Shown here piece by piece: positions 53,736 to 64,000 of a DNA stretch of 64,000 bases. The translations under genes and the position numbers were made by a program. Positions within the stretch are counted from its first letter, which is position 1. Every line of letters begins with the position of its first letter. Source of the DNA: Octopus sinensis (taxonomy: Eukaryota); the NCBI RefSeq assembly GCF_006345805.1, contig NC_042998.1, positions 2,666,001 through 2,730,000 on the forward strand, given 5' to 3'. Below the pieces are notes generated by a model. It saw only the letters and a program-made list of their open reading frames with translations. It made no database searches and was not told where the DNA came from.

Positions 53736-54535
53736 CCTCCTTCTTTCCTTCTTTCCTGAGCGTCCAATAATACTATATTTGTTCCACGTCCTCGCGTTGT
53801 GTTTTTTTGTGTTTTCTTGTTTGGATTAACTTTATATACATATATATCATCATCGTTTAGCGTCCACTTTCCATGCTAGCATGGGTTGGACGGGTCAACT
53901 GGGGGTCTGTGAAGCTGGAAGGCTTCGTCAGGCCCAGATGAAATTAACTGTGTAATAGTCAATACAAAAGGCATTCCATCCAATGAGTGCTCAAGACTAC
54001 TAAACATTTCAACTATGATGCTACTAATAGTTTCCCATACATTCATCAGGCAATTGATGCCTGGTGAATGTATGTGTGATAAGTACATGTAGCTGTAACA
54101 TTTAGTAATATGTGAGCATGCACACACACACACACACAAAATGGGCTCTTTTCAGTTTCCATCTACTAAATCCTACCACAAGGGTTCGATTTAGCTAAGT
54201 TACCAACCTTCTCAAGTCATACAGACTCATAAGGGACAACAGTTTCCCAGTTTCCATGGCGTAGAAATTCCCCACCTGGACATGACCCTGATCCGCTGCA
54301 GGATTACTCACTTTTGCCAGCTGAGTGGACTGGAGCAACGTGAAAATGAAGTGTTCTGCTCAAGAACATGATGTGTCACCTGGTCCAAGACACCCTGACC
54401 GTTAAGCCACATGTCTGCACAAGGCTTTGATTGGCTCACGGCTATACTTGAATACCCTTACCCAAACTGCCACACAATGGGACTGAACCTAGATTGGGAA
54501 GCAAGCTTCTAAACCACACAGCCATACCTGTGCCA

Positions 54536-54578
<43 letters not shown>

Positions 54579-54694
54579 GACACACACATACATACATCAG
54601 CAACAATTTAGATTTGAATGAATATGGTACTTAATTTAGATGCACCTGGATTTTGTATGGTGTTATCCATAAAAATTTTTGGGGTGATTATAAG

Positions 54695-55042
54695 CAAAAA
54701 TAAGCAACAAGAATGACTCTGGTAATTTGGTACAATCGTTTCGTACTACATCATTTTATTAAATGTTGTAAGTATTACAGCAGATTTAAGATGCTGAGTG
54801 CTCATCTGACTTCACAACCTAATGTTCTTAAAAGTTAAATCTACATCTTTATCTGTATATCTACCTTCTCTATAATGTTACTACTTGATTTGAAAGCTTT
54901 TGTATTATTGGAAAACCTATTTAATTGGCTGATGAGCACTCAGCATCTTAAATCTGTTGTAATACTTACAACATTTAAAAAAATGATGTAGTGCGAAACA
55001 ATTGTACCAAATTACCAGAGTCATTCTTGTTGCTTATTTTTG
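54695..55042. repeat. Inverted repeat: 112-bp arms (54695-54806, 54931-55042), 124-bp spacer
   Basis: Arms are reverse complements with a few mismatches. Confidence 0.95.
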
Positions 55043-55060
55043 ATAAATATATATATATAT

Positions 55061-55720
55061 AGCGCCGCCTCCACTGGCTTCTGTGCCGGTGGCACGTAAA
55101 ATACACCAATCTGACCGTACGACAGGCACCCATGCCAACCCCCTTGCTTGCGAAGACATGTTGGGGCAAGCGAAATCGAATCGAACCAGCCAGGTTCCCT
55201 GGTCTGGTGGTACGTAAAAAAGCACTATCCGACTCGTGGCCGATGCCAGTGCCGCCTCCGCTGGCTTCCGTGCCGGTGGCACGTAAAATACACCAATCTG
55301 ACCGTACAACAGGCACCCATGCCAACCCCCTTGCTTGCGAAGACATGTTGGGGCAAGCGAAATCGAAATCGAATTGAACCAGCCAGGATCCCTGGTCTGG
55401 TGGTACGTAAAAAGCACTATCCGACTCGTGGCCGATGCCAGCACCGCCTCGTCTGGCTTCCGTGCCAGTGGCACATAAAATACACCAATCCGACCGTGGC
55501 CGTTGCCAGCCTCGCCTGGCACCTGTGCAGGTGGCACGTAAAAAGCACCCACTACACTCACGGAGTGGTTGGCGTTGGGAAGGGCATCCAGCTGTAGAAA
55601 CATTGCCAAATTAGACTGGAGCCTGGTGCAGCCTTCTGGCTTCCCAGATCCCCGGTCGAACCGTCCAACCCATGCTAGCATGGAGAACGGACGTTAAACG
55701 ACGATGATGATGATGATGAT
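55061..55720 (+). mobile_element. RTE-LINE 3' UTR fragment with a 187-bp tandem duplication and (GAT)n tail
   Basis: gcacgtaaaatacacc at 55092 and 55279. Confidence 0.85.
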
Positions 55721-56100
55721 ATATATATCCATAACAATACTAAAACTGAATTCTAAATGCTAAGCACTTTTTCCAGAGCCTGAAACTATTTCAGCCTTGA
55801 CCAGTTCTTGATCCCACAAGAGTCCATGTCTCAGTCACATGGTTCAACCCCTCCTTTTTGAACTAAACAATAATTAAATAAAAACAAAATGAATTGAAAT
55901 TCAAAGTCCCAGACAAAAAAAACACAATGAATTAAATTGCATAGTCACACATATCTGGGATAGTTTTCCTATTACACATGCATAGGCATGCACACACACA
56001 CACACTCACACACACACTCACACATACACAAACACACACTAGATGACAGCTATAAATAGGCCCATGTGATGAACATTAATGCAAAGACATGCTACCTACT

Positions 56101-56143
<43 letters not shown>

Positions 56144-56624
56144 CATACCACTACTACAAAAGCTTCCGATTGTTTGAGCTACAAAGTCATGGACTGCCCT
56201 TATCTTTGGTCAACAAATGACCCAGTCTTGTAGTCTTTTATTATCCTTACTGTGTCTCTAAACCCTACACTAAATGCTTTTCTCATTTCTTATCCTTCTC
56301 TAGAACTCTTTTACTGCTGACATCACCCTCAGCAGGCACCAGAGCCCCAGAAGCTGACAGTTGGGGCCCTGGCTGATCTTAGACCACCCCAAACACATTT
56401 TTCCCCAACTCACTCATTTCTCCTCTTTTTGTTACCCATATTGTATCTCCACCACTTGCCTAGTTCTTCCTCTTCGGGTTTATATATAAACATGTGTTTA
56501 CATGCGCACACACACACACACAGACTATATACACTGTTATAGAAATTACTACTAGAACTGCCCTTAACACTTTCTTGGAAACATTTTAAAAGAAATTGTA
56601 CAGTTCTTATGTGTCAGCTGATAC

Positions 56625-56837
56625 TCTTTTTACTCTGTTACTTGTTTCAGTCATTTGACTGCGGCCATGCTGGAGCACCGCCTTTAGTCAAGCAAATCGA
56701 CCCCGGGACTTATTCTTTGTAAGCCCAGTACTTATTCGATTGGTCTCTTTTGCCAAACCGCTAAGTGACGGGGACGTAAACACACCAGCATCGGTTGTCA
56801 AGTGATGCTAGGGGGACAAACACAGACACACAAACAT

Positions 56838-56868
<31 letters not shown>

Positions 56869-57022
56869 CATATATACGACGGGCTTCTTTCAGTTTCCGT
56901 CTACCAAATCCACTCACAAGGCTATAGCAGAATACACTTGCCCAAGGTGCCACGCAGTGGGACTGAACCCAGAACCATGTGGTTGGTAAGCAAGCTACTT
57001 ATCCCACAGCCACTCCTGCGCC
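56625..57022 (-). mobile_element. SINE family B
   Basis: Full-length with a small internal deletion. Confidence 0.85.
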
Positions 57023-57469
57023 TGATCTTGAAAATAATTAAGAATTTGGATGGACTTAGTAAAATAACTAACTTGTTCATTAATTACTGTATTAAGCCAG
57101 TATTTGGAACATAACAATAAAAATACCAGTGTCAAATGATAATTGGTGGTTTTAAATTAAGTATGAATATCTTAAAGCAGACAGTTTTATATGATAGAGG
57201 AAGGAGCTGTCTGACACAGATCAGTATCAGAAGAGTTAATTCATACTCAACTACATTAAACCAAAAAAAGGTAATATTTGTTGATGTGATCTTAATGTAC
57301 AAAAGAAAATATGGAATGGTCATGGTTGGAACAACAGTGATCTCAGTTCTATTAAATCAGGACTGACTTGAGGCGAAACAACACTAACTCACAACACAGG
57401 AAGTTGAATCTAATATTATCATAAGGTGCAGCAATATCAGATGAAGGTCAACAGGGAAACTAGCTCTGG

Positions 57470-57825
57470 TATGTGGCTGAATTCCTTTTGAGCATTGGGC
57501 CTCCTGGAGGCAAACTGGCTGAGTTCCTTTCAAGGGTTGGGCTTCATGGAGGAAATGACCGAGTCCTTTGGCATTACGTGGTGCTTCAGAAGAAGACCCA
57601 TCAAGCCGAGCAAAATTGCAATCAAAGCAGATACCAGTGTCACACAAATGGCACCTGTGTTGGTGGCACATAAAAGCACCCTCTTGGAGTGGTTGGCATT
57701 AGGAAGGGCATTCAGCTGTAGAAAACCATGCCAAATCAGACTGGAGTTTTATGCAATGCCAGCCCAGTCAAACCATCCAACCAATGCCAGCATGGACAAT
57801 GGACATTAAATGATGATGATGAGGA
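57470..57825 (+). mobile_element. RTE-LINE-derived 3' end with about 40-bp repeat head
   Basis: LWHYVVLQKKTHQAE (RTE ORF end), UTR, gat tail; same repeat unit as at 110-335. Confidence 0.7.
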
Positions 57826-59029
57826 GGAGGATTTTCAAACGTTCAAATATAGTTATCTGGCTGTTGTATTTTTTTACCCTGTCCCCATTCATTAAATTGT
57901 GAAAATCACAATCAAAACAAATAAATATCAATAAGAGACACCCTGAAAAAGATGGCATTTATTTAAACACCCTAAGTACAAGCAGTTCTACTTCAGCTGA
58001 AATAACAGCAGAAGTTGCTGCTACTACTACTGTTCTTTCTGTTCAGCAGTGACTGGTACTTTTAAGATGAAAAAAAAACAGGCACTAAGAGAGTTATCCT
58101 TTCTTCCTTCCCCCCCCCTCCTACCACAAAACAGTCTACACTACACTAGTTGAGTTCCATTAGTAAATTCCTTCTTCTGACAATTGCATGCAAAATTGTA
58201 TTTAAAAGCAGCATCATTCATTGTGAGTGAATGAGTATGCATGAATGAGTGTATGCATGAATGAGTGAACGAATGATGATTATGATGGAACAATTATCAT
58301 CATCATTATTATTATTGCTGTTGTTATTGTTGCTGCTGCTGTTGTTGTTGTTGTTGTTGAGTTCTTCTATTAATATTATTTAGAAATGAATATAAATTGA
58401 CGGAGGGAGTCTGGGAGAATCAAATGAATTCTAAAGTAGGAACACTTTTGTAATCAATTCTAAAGAACTGATAAAAGATGATTCTAGATCCGAATGCCAT
58501 TTCTAAAATTACATTTCCAACCAGTCACTCACAAAACACATTTAACCATCAGATTGATTAAATTATTGGATATTACTCCAGAGTTGGAGGTTTCCATTTT
58601 TGTTGCTGTTGTTGTTATTAAAATCTTTAAGGTAGAATTATAGGGTTTATTTTAACCGATTCAAGAATATGTATATGTACAGGTGTAAGTTTGCATATAC
58701 ATGCATGTGTGCACATACATACATTATACACACACATATATAGACACCACACACATTATATATGAGTGTGTATGTATGTGTGTGTTATATATTTTTCTTG
58801 TATATACAGTAGTACCTCGGTTTTCAAGCACCTCTGATCAGATAAATTATGCTTTGTATTTATATATATATATATACATATATATACATATACATACACA
58901 TATACATATAATTTGACATGGGCGATTCTTTCTCGTCTTGGGATTCACGGTCAAACAACTGGGTAGAATTGCGCGAAAAATTACACAGATGTGTAGAATG
59001 ATCCGGTAGTGATGCTGGGTTTTGTATGT

Positions 59030-59700
59030 CGGTGGCACGTAAAAAGTACCCACTACAATCCCAGAGTGGTTGGCATTAGGAAAGGCATCCAGCTGTAGAA
59101 ACCTTGCCAGATCAGATTGGAGTCTTCATTCAAACCGTCCAACCCATATCAGCATAGAATGCGGATGCTAAATGACAATGATGATGATGATGACAGGCTT
59201 CTTTCAGTTTTCGTCTACCAAATCCACTCACAAGGTTATAATAGAAGACACTTGCCCAAGGTGCCATGCAGTGGGACTGAACCCTGGACCATGTGGTTGG
59301 GAAACAGGCTTCTTACCACGGTTCGACCGGGGTCTGGGAAGCCAGGGGCTGCACCAGGCTCCAGTCTGATCTGGCAGTGTTTCTACAGCTGGATGCCCTT
59401 CCTAATGCCAACCACTCCACGAGTGTAGTGGGTGCTTTTTACGTGCCACCTGCACAGGTGCCAGGGGAGTCTGGCATCGGCCACGATAGGTTGGTGCTTT
59501 TAATGTGCCACTGGCACGGAAGCCAGCCAAGGCGGAGCTGGCATCGGCCACGTTCGGATGGTGCTTTTTATGTACCACCGGCACAGAAGCCAGTCGAGGC
59601 GGCGCTGGCATCGGCCACGTTCGGATGGTGCTTTTTATGTGCCACCAGCACAGGTATCACAACTACTATTTCCATTGATATTTATTTCGATGTAATTGTA
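59030..59700. mobile_element. Cluster: RTE UTR (+, 59030-59192), SINE B fragment (-, 59195-59318), RTE UTR (-, 59320-59700)
   Basis: Abutting fragments recognisable from the other copies. Confidence 0.75.
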
Positions 59701-60044
59701 TGATAAAAAAAATACCTTACAACCATTGGAGTTGAACACACTAAGCATATTGATTTCAAATTGTGGCACAAGGTTAGGAAATCTGTCAATTACATTGACA
59801 CCAGTACTCAAATGGTACTTATTTTATCAATCCCAAAAGGATGAAAGTTGAAGTCAACCAAGGTGGAATTTGAACTCAGAATGTAAAGACAGACAAAACA
59901 CTGCTAAGTCGTTTGCCCAGTGTATTAAGGATTCTACCAGCTTCCCACCATGAACATACCAAGAATATTAGCAACAACAACAACAACAACAAAATGAACA
60001 CACACAATCACACACACTCACAGTGAAAAAGAAATGCCATTTAC

Positions 60045-60153
60045 CTTCTTAAATTTTTTCCGAGTACTCCCAAATTTGGCTAGAACATTGGATGACTTTT
60101 TCTTCTTTTCTTCAGTTTTATCTTTATCCTTATCATCTTTGAGGCTAGAATAA
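60045..60153 (-). CDS. Coding exon: YSSLKDDKDKDKTEEKKKKSSNVLAKFGSTRKKFKK (basic linker before C1 domain)
   Basis: ttcttgtag acceptor, AAG|gtaaat donor, 109 bp, phase 2 to 0, in frame with both neighbouring exons; K/D/E-rich like the pre-C1 linker of AKAP13-type GEFs. Confidence 0.85.
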
Positions 60154-61430
60154 CTACAAGAATACAAAAATAATAAGATGGATTCCGAATGAGCTTCCTA
60201 GTATCTTTGGTTTTTAACTGTAAAGAAAATAATGGGACAGCTCAAGAAAGCTGAAGCTAGAGAGAGTTAAAGCTAGGGGGTGTTGGGGCTGGGGATGAAG
60301 GAGAAATGGAGGGGGAGTCAAATTAGTCACATCCTCCACACATTAGCTCGATTTTCAGTGAAGTGTAGCAAATTAGATCAAACGAGATTAGCTCGAAGAT
60401 CATGAACAAGGAATTATTTTTAAATATTTTTCCAATATTATTCTAAAGTATAACAATAAGAAAGATTTATAGAAACTATGTCGGAGCAATGGATACCAAA
60501 TTTGAAGCTTAACTGACAAATGATGAAAATAATATTTTAATCCAAGCTAGCAGATATATTATATTTCATTTCCATTATGAAATCATCAAAAATGACAAAT
60601 TTGTTATGTTCTTTTTTTTTTTTTTTGCAATATAATTGCTTTTAGTAAAAGAAAAAAAAAAAAGGCAAATAAGAGGAATTTTTTTCTTTACCAAATATGA
60701 ATAAATGTGCTTACAAGCAGCACATGTTTGGCTGTGTGGTTAGTGAAACCAGATTAAAGATGTGTAATCTACATATAGTTCCTAATAGGAAACATTATTA
60801 AGTTGGTTCCCTATTTCGGTTTGCGCAAGACAAGTCCCAACCTAATCGAATTTGACATTTTTGAAAAAGCACATAAATAGAGTCAGGACATTCTACCATC
60901 TTAAGTGTTTCAGAAAATGTGTATTAGAACATATTGGTATAATAAACCAGGTGTTTATCGGTTGTTGGTATTTTACTGTATACTATTACTGATATTTAAA
61001 CAATATTTCAAACTCCAAGGAAGATGAGACCACACATTCTGTTTGGAAGACATTCAGTCTCCTAAGAGGGTTTGTGATTCATAAGACCACCATTTATTTA
61101 TATACTTATTTGAGAACTTTACAGATAATCCTATTTAATCCTTTTAATATAAACTTATCCAAGACTATGATACAAACTTCCTGTTTTAAAGAAATCTAAA
61201 TTAAAACCTTTCAAAATTTCAGATTGACTTAAGTTCCAGGCACCAGATGAATAATTCTTTCTAATTCGGCACAAGGCTAGTAATGTTCAAATTGTACTTA
61301 TTTTACTGAGCCCAAAACAAGGTGAACATTGGTAACATTTGAGCTCAGAAAGTAAAACAAGAGGAAATGCTGCTGAGCATTTTGCCCCGCATGCTAAGGA
61401 TTCTGCCAGCTTGCCACCCTAGATACTAGA

Positions 61431-61648
61431 TTAACTCTTTCGTTACCAACCCGGCTGAAACTGGCTTTGGCTCTGAGTACAAATGTCTTGTTTTCATAAG
61501 TTTTGAATTAAAATCTTCCACCAAACCTTAGTCAAAATTTATGTTCCTAACTGAATGATAACAAAGTTATTTTACTAAATTCTTTGTTATATTTAAAGTA
61601 ATTGAAACACAGAGCATCTCAACAGAAATACAGTAACGAAAGGGTTAA
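61431..61648. mobile_element. piggyBac-like MITE (second family) with TTAA ends
   Basis: TTAA-CTCTTTCGTTAC ... GTAACGAAAGGG-TTAA. Confidence 0.8.
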
Positions 61649-62469
61649 TAACGACAAAGTTATTTTACTAAATGTTTTCATTATTTTCGATATTATTTTC
61701 TACTCTAAGCACAAGGTTTGAAAGTTTTGGGGAGAGGGCCAGTCGATTAGATCAACCTCAGTATGTAACTGGTACTTAATTTATCAACCCCGAAAGGATG
61801 AAAGGCAAAGTCGACCTCAGCAGAATTTGAACATAAAGACAGACAGAATACTGCTAAGCATTTCACCCAGATTGCTTCCATGTCTGCCAGCTTGCTGCCT
61901 TTGAAAGAAGGCAATGCACTTCAACAGAAACATAGTAACGAAAGTGCATTGTATCTCATAACTCATGTATTCAAACTTCACACTAAATTGTGCCCTTCAT
62001 CAAACTGTATTGGTCTATTCTTGAGACTATTTAATAAGGTGACAGGGTTAATGGAATATGGAACAGAGAAGTTAATGAGAAAATAAAATATACATGGAAA
62101 ACTGGTGAAAGTGACACTCTTCAGCTAGTGTTTATACCAGAACTTGGGAACACATGTTGTATTTCTGAAGAAACAACTTCAAGAGAAGTTCTTTGCACTA
62201 GCTAACATGGAGAAAGCTTTTCTAGAGTAATCTGAAGAAAGCTGAAAAAAACTAAGTATAGACAATTGGCTTGTGCAAGCTTGTTCAAACCTTGTGCAAC
62301 ATTGCTGTAAGTAAGGATAGGATTAGCAGAAACTATACGATAAAACTGAGTTCCATGTAAACAAACAGTTGCTATGAAATCTTTGCATCTAAACCAGCTT
62401 TAGATATCTTTTTGCATTAAAATGTACAAAATTCCTAAATTTCATTATTTCATTAACGTTATTATTTAC

Positions 62470-62604
62470 CTGCTAGGAATTAACATAGGGTGGAAATTCT
62501 TCCCAAAATCCTTTTTATCACTGTTTTTACGAGGCTCTGCTGCTTCTTTATTGATTTCTGCAACCTCATCTATTTCTTCAAACTCCTGTTGCCGTCGAAA
62601 TTTT
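62470..62604 (-). CDS. Coding exon (first of 4 in window) of Lbc-family RhoGEF-like gene: KFRRQQEFEEIDEVAEINKEAAEPRKNSDKKDFGKNFHPMLIPS
   Basis: ttttccag acceptor, AG|gtaaat donor, 135 bp open frame, phase 2 to 2; the terminal AG joins the T of the next exon to give AGT (Ser). Confidence 0.8.
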
Positions 62605-64000
62605 CTGGAAAAATTTTAAGAATATTTCTTTTATATTCTTACACACATGTGGTATAGATGTGTATGCGTAAATTATACACATACATGTGCATATACAGGC
62701 TAACACACACATACATATAGTATCAAACAGTATTGTGAAATGTAGCAAACAAATAAAAGACATTTATGAAATGTGGGTACGAAGATATAAAAGTACAAAA
62801 GCTGCAGCAAAACCAGTGACTACATTAATAATTGATAGGAAAGAAACTTTAAATCTATTCTAGAACAAAATTCAATCCTGCAAGAAATGAAATGTTACAG
62901 GACTGTTCTTCAAAAACCCTAGAATGGAGAAAAGGAAAATCATAGAAAAAAAAATTAATTAATAGCATTTTTCTATTTTGTTGAATGTTTGGTTGGTAAA
63001 ATACCAACAAGACTACTTCTAGTGAGTATCCCAACATGCTAGAAATAGCAGTCGAATGTTTCTAAATCACAGTGTATTATCTTACAAAATAGCACGTATA
63101 TTTGCTGGTCTTCAATATTTAAAAAGGCAGGATGTTCACAATTGGAATGCTGTTGATCATAGGCCTAAACTACTAATACTGAACCTTGTACCGTTTGAGT
63201 ATCCAATTAACACAGAAATATGTCCACAAACTTCTATATCTCTTTGTAGACTTGAAAAATATAAAAATAGTTTTTAAACTGACACAATATAACAAGAAAC
63301 TATGTCGACATTATTCTAAAACTGAAGAGCCCTATATTTCCCAAAGCAAATGTTCCATAGGTAAATATAATGTAGCAATTAAAGATGAACTAATCAGGAC
63401 ACCACCACATAATCACTTGGTTGCTTGGAAATAACAGCATCTTAAATAAGGAAATAATGCCTCAGATAATATAATCCTCTTTAGTCGTAGAAGAGAATCT
63501 GGATTGCCTTTGATCACAGATCTGTTTCCTCTGAGAAGACTTTGGCCTAAAGAAAATCTACCAATTATGGATGTTGTAAAGTTTGTTGTGTTTTTCCCCC
63601 ACTAAAATATATATAATGTTAATTATAAAATTTTTAAAGTATATTAATTAATAAAATTATTCACAATGTTATTATTTCAGGCTAGCGTTTCCTCTTTATT
63701 TTGAGTATTCACTCTTGGAAAAAGATCTTTGCTGTAAAGAAATAAACCTAATGAATGCCAGTTTTAAACCTGCAGTACTTAAACCATACATTTTAATAAA
63801 TGTAATAACACTTATAATTCCATGAAACACACTTGATAATGCAACAGAAGTAAGTCTATTTGAAACCAAACTAGAAATCTCCCAGGTACCAGCTTCACAC
63901 TGAACTTTTAATATCATGACAGTCAGAAATCTGTATTTTTAAATAATTACAAAAAATAATTGCTTTCTTCCTCAATGCAAGAAAAAAGTATGTCTGTGAG

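Noticed and set aside
55034-55681. 215-aa ORF and the many MFLQLDALPNANH... and SINE-derived ORFs
   Set aside because: Chance frames through repeated UTR and SINE sequence that recur at every copy.

Overview
AT-rich eukaryotic genomic DNA, dense in repeats and microsatellites. The repeat landscape resembles octopus/cephalopod genomes (inference from the repeat sequences, no database search done). The whole window lies inside one minus-strand gene. Four GT-AG exons with compatible phases (62604-62470, 60153-60045, 15278-15146, 1127-1054) encode a basic linker and a complete C1 zinc finger most like the Lbc-family RhoGEFs (AKAP13/ARHGEF2/18/28). The introns (about 2.3, 44.8 and 14 kb) hold many tRNA-derived SINEs, (GAT)n-tailed RTE-LINE 3' ends, CR1-like LINE pieces, decayed Tc1 and Gypsy remnants, a Helitron and several MITEs. 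The most unusual observations concern retroelement junctions. (1) A full-length tRNA-Arg(ACG) is fused to an RTE 3' end and inserted as one unit in a MITE. (2) Two unrelated inverted duplications, both with a 124-bp spacer, abut RTE 5' junctions. (3) An approximately 855-bp unit forms a tandem-plus-inverted array inside a (TA)n tract (Penelope-like). (4) There is a degenerate minimal hammerhead ribozyme motif. (5) There is a perfect 131-bp palindrome. (6) A Helitron is flanked by a 185-bp direct duplication. Repeat boundaries are approximate unless TSDs or TIRs are quoted.
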